The position numbers were made by a program, and so were the translations under genes. Shown here piece by piece: positions 53,118 through 62,389 of a stretch of DNA of 64,000 nt (position 1 is the first letter of the stretch; every line of letters begins with the position of its first letter). The notes under the pieces are model-generated. The model searched no databases and was not told where the DNA came from. It saw only the letters and a list, made by a program, of their open reading frames with translations. Source of the DNA: a virus; IMG/VR virus record IMGVR_UViG_3300027301_000003, positions 1 through 64,000 of that record, one strand, 5' to 3'.

Positions 53118-56100
53118 TTATCTCCTTACGAGTTGATTACGAGAAGAGTTAACTGCCGTATTTACAGCACTACCTTTTCTATTAACTTCAGCAGCAACCA
53201 TGTCACCAATGGTAACTTCAATTCTACGATTACCACGACTATCTACAGTTTCTTGAGTAGTTGCAGTAGCATTGCTATTGTTGTTAACTACAACCTGTAC
53301 ATTTGAAGAAGCACCAGCAGCTACAACACCTAGAGAACCATCAGCACCCCTGCGTAGAGGCATGATAGCTTCAGGTCCAGCTTCACCCATTAGACCTGTA
53401 CCTTTAGCGAATTTGAACATTGTAGGGCTATCTACGATACTATTTGTGAAAGCACCACCTTTAGCGAAACCCAATGATCCAGCAAGTTCCATTCCACCTG
53501 CATCGTTCATGAAACCACCACCACCAGTAATCATGTTCATGATACCACCGAAACCACCAAGACCTTTGTAGATGCTAGACATTTGCATCTGCATTTCCAT
53601 CCTGATTAAGTCAGCTATAATTGATTTCGTTAGATCACCAAATGATGTTTTACCAGTTAAGGCAAAGTCAGCAATAGCATCTGCCATACCTTTGAATACA
53701 TTTTCAAAAGCATTAGCATAAGCTTGTTGACGCTTGTAACCATCGCTTAGTAAATATTCTTCTCTTTTATAAACATCGTCAGCTAAAGCTTTTTTAGCAT
53801 CAGCTTGTTTTTTGTACATTAACCATTCAGAATAAGTAGTCTCTTCAGTTGCTGCAGCAATTTGTTTTTCATACTCAGCATCAGCTTGTGAAATTTTCTT
53901 TTTGTAATCAGATAGATTTTTAATTGCAGCTTTTTCATCAGCAGTTTTAAAGTCACCACCATATTGATCAGCAACTCCAGTGCGTTCAGCAGCAATACCA
54001 GCCATTACTTTAGCATTCTCAGCTTGAGCAGCAGCAAGTCTCTTAGCTTCTGGAGTAGTAGCTTCTAATGCAGCTTTTAGTTGTAGAACTTCATCTGCAC
54101 CGAATCGACCCTCTTTAGCATACTTATTAATAAGATCAATAGTTTTGTAATATTCTTTACCAAGATTTTCAGATTTACCAAGTAGTCTATTTTTTAGTTC
54201 CAATGCGTCTTCTGCTTCTTTTTCAGATTTAACTAATTTTTCATTAGCATTAGCTTGTTGATAAATAGCGTCAATTTGTTTCTTCTGTTCATCATTGAAT
54301 GACTTATAAACATCACTTTCTTTTACCTTATTCAAAGCTATTTCGGATTTTGTTAAATCCTCAACGGCTCCAATTTGAGTTTGATAAAATTTATTAGCTG
54401 TTTCAAGAGCGTTTGCAAAATCTTTTTCAGATTTTACTAATTTTTCATTAGCAGATGCAGCACCATATAGTGCCTCAATTTGATCCTTAATAACTTGTGG
54501 AGTTTTTTCCCAAAGTGGATCAGTACGCAACTTTAATAAACTAACTTCAGCTTTAGTCAAATGATCAAGAGCGCCAATTTGTGTAAGATAAGCTTCAGTA
54601 GCTTGCTTTACATTCTTTTCATCGAAGCCTTGTTGAGCTTTGATTCCTTTATTTTCATCCTTTAGACCTTTTTCTAACTTAGTAACATCAGCAGTATTCT
54701 TAGCTTTTTCATCACCAAGTTTTTTCTGAGCAGCAAGTTGTTTCTCAATACCTTCAATAACTGCTTTAGCACCTTGAATAGAATTCTTACGGTACTGATC
54801 AGTCATAAATCCATCACCAGCTTCTAAAGACCTTAATTCTTTTTGAGCTTCTGCTAATTGTTTAGCAAGAGGTACTGCACGACCGATGTTTAAAATTTCA
54901 TTCCATACCATCTTAGCACCTCTGGCTACATGGAAGAAGAAATCTTCAAGAAAACCCATATCTTGTTTGATTGCTTTAGAAGCATCTCTTAAAGCACCAG
55001 CGTATGCTTCGGTTGCTACTTTAGCAGCTTCGGTATATTTTCCAGCACGTTCTAACTGTTGAATATGTCTTAGTACTGAAACATTTATTGTTCCTAATTC
55101 TTTAGCAAAAGGAATTAAACCTTCAAGTGGTTTCTCTGATATTTTACTGAAGTTTTTAGCAAGTGTTTCTGAGCTAATACCTGTTATTCTACTGACTTCA
55201 ACAATTGTAGTAGCTACTGTTTTTAAGTTATTAGATGTAATACTACCTGCTTTAGCAATATCGGTGATAGCAGTAACATAAGCTCCTACATTACCTTTTG
55301 AACCAGCAAATGCTTCAGATAAAGCAAGAGCAGAATCTGTAGTAAGACCAAGCGAACCACCTGTAAGATTTATAGATTTAGATAGTGCTGATTCTTCTGC
55401 AATAACTTGTTTGAGAGCAACACCGTATGCAATGAAAGCAGCGATAGCACTAAAAATAGCTGTAGCAACAATACCTGTTACTATAGTACCCATAGTCATA
55501 AAGCTTTTCATTAAAGTACCATTAGAACCATCTAGCAATGCAATTTGATATCTTACATATTCTAGAGCAGAACTTGTACCCGTAATGTCCATGATGAATG
55601 TCTTAACTGATTTACCAGCAGCCATGAATGCACCAACTAATGCACCACCTACAGCAACACCTACATCTTTAACGCTACTAACCATACCTAGTGTAGCTTT
55701 AGTAAGCATGTCACCCATGTCTTTACCAGCAACACCAGCCAAAGCAAACTGATCTCGTAACTGACCACCCTGTTGTAACAAGATAGTTAAAGGTGCTTGA
55801 CCTGTGGCTAAACCAACTGCAATGTCGGTAATCTGTGGACCTAGTGCTCTTGATAGATAATCAACTTGACGATTACCTGCAGCTTTTTGAGTAGCCATCA
55901 AAGCGTTCTTATAAACTTCAAGTTGTGTAGTTACTTCAGCAGCAGTTCTACCAGATGCTCTTAATGATTGTTCAAACTTAATCAATCTATTATTAGTTGC
56001 GCTAGTTATATCACCATTGGATGCAGTCAACCGAGTAACTCTTTCCATTTCATTAGCAATAAACTCATTAGCTTTAGCAGCATCATTTTGTGATTTAATC

Positions 56101-56795
56101 TGAGCTTTTAAAACATCATTGCGTCCCTGTTCTGCAACTTTTAAAGTATTTACACTATTTGCAACACCTAGATACAAATCTTGTTGTATTTTTAACTCGG
56201 AGTTAAATTTAGTAAGACCTTCACCTTGTGTTGGATCAAGACCAACAGCCTTTACCTTACCTTTAATCTCACTAGCAATTTTACTGTACTCTTTTAATTG
56301 ATTAGTAGTTAAAAAGATACCTTTGGCAGCAAGTTCAGAACGATAATTTAAACTATCATATTCTTGTGTAATAGACCTAACTGAACCGATTGCGGAATCA
56401 AAAGGAGATTTAGATAGTTCTCTAATATTTTCTAAGATAGCTTTATAAGGTTTTAAAGCTTCTTCGGTTGTTGCACCAAGACTTCTAGCCAACTGCAATA
56501 CACCAGCTTCAGCAGATGTACTACCTTTAGCCATATCGGTATAACGATTCGTTAACTTGTCAAGTAGACTGTCTAACTTAGATGAGCTATCAGCTACCTT
56601 AGTGTCTCCTTTTACTTTATTTTCATTAGCTTTACTTGCTTTTTCTGTCGCAGTAGATACTTTAGCAGTATTAGTAGCTAAGTCTTGCATTGGCTTATTC
56701 AATTTAGATACTGCTGTACCTAATTCTGCAACTCTAGTAGCTGCTTCTTTTAATTGTGTCGTATCAACTACGAACTTTAATTCTGCTAAATCCAT
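53118..56795 (-). CDS. tail tape measure protein, 1225 aa
   Basis: QITDIAVGLATGQAPL..LLQQGGQLRD; MGEAGPEAIMPL. Confidence 0.95.
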   Translation of the reverse strand: MDLAELKFVVDTTQLKEAATRVAELGTAVSKLNKPMQDLATNTAKVSTATEKASKANENKVKGDTKVADSSSKLDSLLDKLTNRYTDMAKGSTSAEAGVLQLARSLGATTEEALKPYKAILENIRELSKSPFDSAIGSVRSITQEYDSLNYRSELAAKGIFLTTNQLKEYSKIASEIKGKVKAVGLDPTQGEGLTKFNSELKIQQDLYLGVANSVNTLKVAEQGRNDVLKAQIKSQNDAAKANEFIANEMERVTRLTASNGDITSATNNRLIKFEQSLRASGRTAAEVTTQLEVYKNALMATQKAAGNRQVDYLSRALGPQITDIAVGLATGQAPLTILLQQGGQLRDQFALAGVAGKDMGDMLTKATLGMVSSVKDVGVAVGGALVGAFMAAGKSVKTFIMDITGTSSALEYVRYQIALLDGSNGTLMKSFMTMGTIVTGIVATAIFSAIAAFIAYGVALKQVIAEESALSKSINLTGGSLGLTTDSALALSEAFAGSKGNVGAYVTAITDIAKAGSITSNNLKTVATTIVEVSRITGISSETLAKNFSKISEKPLEGLIPFAKELGTINVSVLRHIQQLERAGKYTEAAKVATEAYAGALRDASKAIKQDMGFLEDFFFHVARGAKMVWNEILNIGRAVPLAKQLAEAQKELRSLEAGDGFMTDQYRKNSIQGAKAVIEGIEKQLAAQKKLGDEKAKNTADVTKLEKGLKDENKGIKAQQGFDEKNVKQATEAYLTQIGALDHLTKAEVSLLKLRTDPLWEKTPQVIKDQIEALYGAASANEKLVKSEKDFANALETANKFYQTQIGAVEDLTKSEIALNKVKESDVYKSFNDEQKKQIDAIYQQANANEKLVKSEKEAEDALELKNRLLGKSENLGKEYYKTIDLINKYAKEGRFGADEVLQLKAALEATTPEAKRLAAAQAENAKVMAGIAAERTGVADQYGGDFKTADEKAAIKNLSDYKKKISQADAEYEKQIAAATEETTYSEWLMYKKQADAKKALADDVYKREEYLLSDGYKRQQAYANAFENVFKGMADAIADFALTGKTSFGDLTKSIIADLIRMEMQMQMSSIYKGLGGFGGIMNMITGGGGFMNDAGGMELAGSLGFAKGGAFTNSIVDSPTMFKFAKGTGLMGEAGPEAIMPLRRGADGSLGVVAAGASSNVQVVVNNNSNATATTQETVDSRGNRRIEVTIGDMVAAEVNRKGSAVNTAVNSSRNQLVRR

Positions 56796-56884
56796 AGCAT
56801 TTTCTCCTGTTGTGGATGTAAATTTCTATGTGTATAAACTACACCAATTCGTACACATAGAAGCCCTCGTTAGAAGGCTACTAT

Positions 56885-57280
56885 TTATTTCTTAGAAGCT
56901 TTCTTGCGTTCTAGTTCTGCTTCTTTTGCGTAAGAGTTCAACGCTTCCATATCGAAACGTTTGAGTAATTCAAGTTCCCATTCTTCAATCTCTATATGTA
57001 TTAGATCAAGATAGGATTTGATATCTGAATATGATATTGGGTTAACTCCAAAACCATTTGATGATCTGGAGTTATTAAGATCAATGAACCATTTCCAAAC
57101 TTGGCTGCAACTCTGAGGTAACTCTTTAAGTTCTTCTAGCTCTTTGGGTTTTACACCAGTTTGTCTCCATACGGAATTTAACTGATCACGAAGACTACCT
57201 GAATTACCGGACTTTCTACCAAGCTCAAACTCTTGTTTAGCAAAAGTTATAGCATCATCTAGTTCACTCTGATCGAAAGT
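56885..57280 (-). CDS. tail assembly chaperone C-terminal extension (gpT-like), no start codon, reached by frameshift
   Basis: 131 open codons (..WKWFIDLNNSRSSNGFGVNPISYSDI..) in the +1 frame of 57264..57677. Confidence 0.75.
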   Translation of the reverse strand, partial: TFDQSELDDAITFAKQEFELGRKSGNSGSLRDQLNSVWRQTGVKPKELEELKELPQSCSQVWKWFIDLNNSRSSNGFGVNPISYSDIKSYLDLIHIEIEEWELELLKRFDMEALNSYAKEAELERKKASKK

Positions 57281-57677
57281 TTAGCAGTTGACCCGCTTCC
57301 TCCATTACTTGGTCTTTAATCCAAGAATATTCTTTGAAGATGCGTTCTGCATTTTCTTTTGTAAAAGGTACTTCTTTACCATTTTCAGTAATGTTCTTCC
57401 AAGAGATAACTCGCACAATAGCTGATTCTACGCTTAGTTCTTCAGCTTCCTCTAGTGTCATATCATCTACGTCTTTACCACGGCGTTTAGCTTGCTGTTC
57501 ACGTAGTTTAAATTCACTGTACTTCTTGCGACCAAATGCTTTTACTGTCTTGGATTGATCACCACGTACTGTAATAAATACTCCAGTACCTTCGCCTGTA
57601 CCGGGAAGCTTTAGTTCAAATTCAAAACCAGCTTCTGCAATCTCTGTGTAATTATGTTTTGCCAAATCAAATGTCAT
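57264..57677 (-). CDS. tail assembly chaperone (gpG-like)
   Basis: Between tail tube and tape measure; SWKNI...PFT.ENA. Confidence 0.85.
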   Translation of the reverse strand: MTFDLAKHNYTEIAEAGFEFELKLPGTGEGTGVFITVRGDQSKTVKAFGRKKYSEFKLREQQAKRRGKDVDDMTLEEAEELSVESAIVRVISWKNITENGKEVPFTKENAERIFKEYSWIKDQVMEEAGQLLNFRSE

Positions 57678-57709
57678 AATAGTTCCTTTCTATTGTTAAT
57701 GAAGTACTG

Positions 57710-57738
57710 ATTATAGCATATTTTTTAGGATAAATCAA
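57710..57738 (-). promoter_or_regulatory. sigma70 promoter upstream of the tail chaperone
   Basis: TTGATT-17-TATAAT with TG extension. Confidence 0.7.
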
Positions 57739-57748
57739 GAGGTTGTAA

Positions 57749-57785
57749 TAAAGAAAAAACCCCTCGGCTTTTGACCGAAGGGTTA
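57749..57785 (-). terminator. intrinsic terminator after the major tail gene
   Basis: AACCCTTCGG..CCGAGGGGTT plus T-tract. Confidence 0.8.
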
Positions 57786-57808
57786 TATTCTCAAGTGAGT
57801 CTTAGCGA

Positions 57809-59014
57809 TTAAGCAGCAGAATCTTGAATCTGAATTGTAGTAGCAGGTAGACCTGCAGTAGTAACATCATTCAATAGAGCTTGGAAGCTAGAAGATGCAA
57901 CAATACCTAGTTCACCGTCATCTTTAGAGAAGCTACCTAGTTTAACTTTTGGTAGAGTAAAGGCAATGAAGTTAGCAGTAGCAGAACTATCAGCAGTCAT
58001 TGTTAATACAATACTAACAGGAGTTTCATCATCAAAGTAATCTCTGAAATCTGCATCTTGGAAGTAAACACTCAAGTTACCAGTAACACGAATACGACCA
58101 GTGAAAATGTCAGCAACAGAGTTGGAACCAACTACGTTTGCATTCTCAGTTGCTCTTTCGATTGCGAAATCAGCAGAAGTAACCAAAGCTACAGGAGCAC
58201 CGTTAACTAGCATCACACCGTTTACAGCAGCAAAGATACCATTGTTACCTTGAGCAGTTGGTGAAGTGAAGTATTGTGATGTACCATTTAGAGCAAGGTC
58301 TTTACCAGCAAAACCGATATCAACAGTGCTTAGACCAGTTGCTGGAAGTTGAACAGCAATGTTGTTAACTTTCATACCAGTGTAAACTTCTGATTGAGCA
58401 ATATCAGAATAGAACTCTTCTACAGTATAGGAATCATCGGTGTGACCTGTAGCTGGAACGAATGTTTGCTTACCGGGAGCAGTAATAGTTACGCTTGTAC
58501 CAGTACCTTGAGCAGTTAGTGCTACACCATTCAATGGTACAACGACTAAGTTAGTAGCGGTGATGCTTGCAACAAGTAGATTTCGTGCGTTATCTGCAAC
58601 AGTTGTTAAACCAGCAGCACGAACTACCATACCAACTTTGACACCATCAGTAATCCAAGAACCAGTTGAACGAACGATTGTGTAAGTTGTACCTGAAACA
58701 GTAACTGTACAGCTTACAGCAGAACCAAGAGTTACTGCAGCAAAATCTTTACCTACAACAGAACCCATGAAATCAGCATAAGAAGCTGCGGATAGTTCAC
58801 CGTTTAAGCTACCTTCTGCAGAACGCACACCATGACGAAAATCAGAAACTTGACGATCAGTACGAATTTCACCTGATTCATAAGCTTCTTTTGCTAGGTT
58901 AAAACTAGCAGTAACTCTACGAAGTAGTTTACCAGATGTATTACCTGCTAAAACACCCCATGTAGTTTCCTTTTTGTAACCAACTTGTTTGGCTGTACCT
59001 TTGGAGATTGGCAT
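57809..59014 (-). CDS. major tail tube protein
   Basis: ETTWG, S.EIR.DRQ, TGNLSVYF; position. Confidence 0.9.
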   Translation of the reverse strand: MPISKGTAKQVGYKKETTWGVLAGNTSGKLLRRVTASFNLAKEAYESGEIRTDRQVSDFRHGVRSAEGSLNGELSAASYADFMGSVVGKDFAAVTLGSAVSCTVTVSGTTYTIVRSTGSWITDGVKVGMVVRAAGLTTVADNARNLLVASITATNLVVVPLNGVALTAQGTGTSVTITAPGKQTFVPATGHTDDSYTVEEFYSDIAQSEVYTGMKVNNIAVQLPATGLSTVDIGFAGKDLALNGTSQYFTSPTAQGNNGIFAAVNGVMLVNGAPVALVTSADFAIERATENANVVGSNSVADIFTGRIRVTGNLSVYFQDADFRDYFDDETPVSIVLTMTADSSATANFIAFTLPKVKLGSFSKDDGELGIVASSSFQALLNDVTTAGLPATTIQIQDSAA

Positions 59015-59082
59015 ATTATTTTCCTTAATTTAAATTATCAACATTTGCAAATGTACTGATTTAGGTTCAGCAACCTTGATTA

Positions 59083-59487
59083 TCAAGAGTATACCTCTGC
59101 CACCAATTCAATTAGTACAGGACAAATCACTCTTTCAGATACAACCGTATTGCCAGCAATTTGCGGTGTTCTTAATACGTGTATTTTTACACTACCTTCA
59201 TTTAGTACTAAACCTTTTGCAAAATGCGCTCTGATTAATTCAGCACGATTTATAACTTCGGAAGTTCCCTTGTTTGCAGCACCAACAACAAATACCTGCA
59301 TTGTCATTCGTTCTCTGTGAAAGCCTGTACCAAGCACAGGATCATCTGGAGTTTGAAGAGTAAATTGCACTCTTTGGTATATTGTATTGGGTGGAGTAAA
59401 ACTAACACCTTCCCATGCTGTTGTTACAGTAGGAGTTAATGCGTTTAGTCTTCTTTCGGCTGCTCTTTTAATTTCTATGATTGCCAT
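59083..59487 (-). CDS. tail terminator (DUF4128-like)
   Basis: AWE.V.FTPP, A..IRAHF..G. Confidence 0.75.
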   Translation of the reverse strand: MAIIEIKRAAERRLNALTPTVTTAWEGVSFTPPNTIYQRVQFTLQTPDDPVLGTGFHRERMTMQVFVVGAANKGTSEVINRAELIRAHFAKGLVLNEGSVKIHVLRTPQIAGNTVVSERVICPVLIELVAEVYS

Positions 59488-60029
59488 TAACTTGCCTCAT
59501 AATATTTGTTTAGTGAAGATGCATATATACCATAGATAGCATGTAATGTAGGTTCCATAATACCATAAGGTGCTTGTTCCGATGCACCACTTTCTAGTGA
59601 TCTAACAGGAGCACCATTCTTGTATGTTTCGTAAGGCCAACCATCTGAAGCAACATATCTAACACTGTTCATTATGTAAACATCATCGCCAAGTTTATAC
59701 TTTTGACTATCATTATCAGCATTGCTTTTAATATTCAAAGCATTTTCATCAACAGCTCTCTCAGGAAATATAATCTTAGTTGGACCATTGAAAGATATTG
59801 TCCAACCACCTTTAGCTGAACCTGCCTCCGGTGGTAATGTTTTCAATCTAATGAAATTATTATATAACTTACCATAATCAGTTATATTACCAAAAGGAGT
59901 GTTCTCAATAGCTTCAAAGGTTACCTCGTAAGTAAAGATTTTCACCATACCTTCCATCTTACGAACAGCTTCTTCATGGAACTTCTTTAGGCTTTCTTCT
60001 AGTTTTGAAGTATCGCATGTAACTTGCAT
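59487..60029 (-). CDS. tail completion/neck protein (HK97 gp10-like)
   Basis: TP..G..KGGW, N...Y, LE.G.S.QAP.G. Confidence 0.7.
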   Translation of the reverse strand: MQVTCDTSKLEESLKKFHEEAVRKMEGMVKIFTYEVTFEAIENTPFGNITDYGKLYNNFIRLKTLPPEAGSAKGGWTISFNGPTKIIFPERAVDENALNIKSNADNDSQKYKLGDDVYIMNSVRYVASDGWPYETYKNGAPVRSLESGASEQAPYGIMEPTLHAIYGIYASSLNKYYEAS

Positions 60030-60031
60030 GA

Positions 60032-60388
60032 TTAACCCTTAACGGTTAGAATCTTGTATAGAATCACAAGACCATCTGCAGCGTGTTCTGTAATGGAATC
60101 TACAGTATATGTAATACTATCAATAGTAATCTTATCTTTAACTGCAGGTACAAAACTTAAATTGTTATTAGCTAAATAAAATAAAGCAGAATCTCTGCCG
60201 ATCATATTTGGAAAGTTATACTGACTAGCTCTGATGTGTTTCTTGTACATTTTAACAGAATGCGATGTTTCCGTATTGGTTGTACTACCCGTTTCAATAT
60301 CATAAGTACCTTCAGTTACAATAACATAACTGCAGGTTTTACCATGCGTATTAATTGCTTTTAGTGCTATTGCTAAGTATTTATCCAT
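60032..60388 (-). CDS. head closure protein
   Basis: G.YD..TG motif; position. Confidence 0.7.
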   Translation of the reverse strand: MDKYLAIALKAINTHGKTCSYVIVTEGTYDIETGSTTNTETSHSVKMYKKHIRASQYNFPNMIGRDSALFYLANNNLSFVPAVKDKITIDSITYTVDSITEHAADGLVILYKILTVKG

Positions 60389-60402
60389 AGTGTTTCCTTG
60401 GC

Positions 60403-60810
60403 TTAAATACCGAATGAACTAGGACGATAAGTGAATGTCTCAGCTTGTGGGTCTTTTACGATGTTGTTATCTAAGTTAGAATCATTGGCTAACATATCTT
60501 CTTTTGAGATACCGCCAGCATAACCTTGTACTTTTTCGTACATTGCATTGAGGTCAGGATTCTTGATATACATCTGCAAAGCTTGCATGTAATTCTTAGC
60601 TGCAGAAGCACCTTTGATACTAAAGATGTCAACTGTTTCGTCAGTACGCATGGAAAGCTTGAGCATGATACTCTTAGCTGCATCCATTGCTGAACGATGT
60701 AAAGCATTTGAGTTTTTAGTTAAAAAGTACGTATACTCAGCATCACTCATAATAGGGAATTCGGCTGAAGTATCACCTAGTTCATAGCGAAGGTCTTGAA
60801 TTGTAGCCAT
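60403..60810 (-). CDS. head-tail adaptor
   Basis: LRYELGD...SD.EY..FL; follows capsid. Confidence 0.75.
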   Translation of the reverse strand: MATIQDLRYELGDTSAEFPIMSDAEYTYFLTKNSNALHRSAMDAAKSIMLKLSMRTDETVDIFSIKGASAAKNYMQALQMYIKNPDLNAMYEKVQGYAGGISKEDMLANDSNLDNNIVKDPQAETFTYRPSSFGI

Positions 60811-60892
60811 TTATTATTCCTTGTATTATAAAATATCTAACATTAATCCTGTATTCTAACATGCGTAATGTTACAAAGCAAGACTAATGTTA

Positions 60893-60911
60893 GAAAGCCC
60901 CCGAAGGGGCA
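60893..60911 (-). terminator. terminator after the major capsid gene
   Basis: GCCCC-TTCG-GGGGC plus TTT. Confidence 0.7.
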
Positions 60912-60928
60912 ATCTAAGTATCTAACGA

Positions 60929-61942
60929 TTAGTTAGAAGTGGTTAGCTGAACAACAGCTTGTGGGCGGCGAATCAAGTTCAAGAAGTTAGCTTCTGATTG
61001 AATCTGAATTTCGCTGTCTTTTGGATCACGGTAAGTGAATACATAAGCTTGCTCACCAATGGTGTTAACATGTGAGAACTTGTTAGCAGGGCTAAAGTAA
61101 GTCTTGAACATGTCAGCAGTACCTTGTGGTAGCATGTAAGCTTCACCAGCAGGGATCAAAGCAGTACCGTTATAAGAACCACGGTATTCGATGTACTCAA
61201 CACCACCGTGTACGAAACGGCGATATACACCAGAACCTAGACGGTTACGGAGAGGCTCTTGAGTGCTTGTGTAGTACTTGTAAGCTTCTTTAACAGTAGC
61301 GTGGTTGATTAGCTTACCGAAGAATGCAGGTGAGCATAGTACGATAATGTTGCTAACAACTTCACCACTCTGGATTGTATCCTGAATGTGAGCGATACCT
61401 TCTTCTGACTTAGCGTTTAGGTCAGTGGTAGAAGTACCGAGTACGAAGTCGATGGACTTACGGGTGATACCGAAATCAGTGTAGAAGTTACCAGCTACAG
61501 TACCGTTAGGAGCATAGATAGCACCAACAGTGATAGCGTAGGCACGAGCAGCTTCTAGAGTTACTGAGTGGTTCATACGGATGCGCTCTAGCTTACGAGC
61601 GATAACAGCGGCTTCAGTTTCAGCTTGATCAGCAGAACCGTAAGCACGTTTACCTTGTACATCTTCAGGCTTAACAGCATCATCCATTGGGAAGTGAGGA
61701 ATAGCGAATGAACGTAGAGCACGAGTGTCGCTCTTAGCTACGTTGTTGCGCTCACCACGGATTTTGTCGGTAACTAGACCGAGTGTACCTTCGCTGGATT
61801 CAACGGTAACGCTGTGTTGAGCTACGCCTTCTTCACCGAATAGACCTAATTCATTGATCAAGCCCCATTTATTAGGAACTAAGAGTAGTTCTTCTGTGTA
61901 ATCGACTAGCTCAAATGGTTTTTCAAAACTACGAGTTTGCAT
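60929..61942 (-). CDS. major capsid protein (lambda gpE-like)
   Basis: 337 aa, PHF, FFGKLI.H..V, YF.PA, RPQAVV; highly biased codons. Confidence 0.9.
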   Translation of the reverse strand: MQTRSFEKPFELVDYTEELLLVPNKWGLINELGLFGEEGVAQHSVTVESSEGTLGLVTDKIRGERNNVAKSDTRALRSFAIPHFPMDDAVKPEDVQGKRAYGSADQAETEAAVIARKLERIRMNHSVTLEAARAYAITVGAIYAPNGTVAGNFYTDFGITRKSIDFVLGTSTTDLNAKSEEGIAHIQDTIQSGEVVSNIIVLCSPAFFGKLINHATVKEAYKYYTSTQEPLRNRLGSGVYRRFVHGGVEYIEYRGSYNGTALIPAGEAYMLPQGTADMFKTYFSPANKFSHVNTIGEQAYVFTYRDPKDSEIQIQSEANFLNLIRRPQAVVQLTTSN

Positions 61943-61978
61943 TATAATTTCCTTGTTTTATTGTTCGGTAAGTTAGTA

Positions 61979-62374
61979 TCAGACTGCATCGTTGCAGAGA
62001 ATACCCTTGGCTTCTAGAGCAGCGTATACAGCATCTTTTTCAGCAGTTAGGTTGTAGGTTGCATCTAGAACTAGACCATCCTTAGATACAATAGCTGGAC
62101 CACGTACTAGGCATAGAACCTTAGTGTCGGTAGTAGCAGCAACAGCTTGCTCAACCATTACGATAGCGTCAGCAACTTCTGAACCATCGGTAGCAGTTTG
62201 TACGGCGATTTTGTATTTACCGCCAGTGGTTACCTTACCGAGAACAGTACCGGGAACTAGAGTGGCAGCAGTACCATTATAGGTAACAGCTACACGGCAG
62301 TATGCAGACTCAGGGAAGAGTTCTTGCTTGACAACGTTAGAAAGACGTTTTGCTTCAGTTGCGATTAGTGGCAT
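61979..62374 (-). CDS. head decoration protein (gpD-like)
   Basis: GTVLGK, DGSE.A.AI, RGPAIV. Confidence 0.85.
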   Translation of the reverse strand: MPLIATEAKRLSNVVKQELFPESAYCRVAVTYNGTAATLVPGTVLGKVTTGGKYKIAVQTATDGSEVADAIVMVEQAVAATTDTKVLCLVRGPAIVSKDGLVLDATYNLTAEKDAVYAALEAKGILCNDAV

Positions 62375-62389
62375 TTTATTTCCTTTTTA

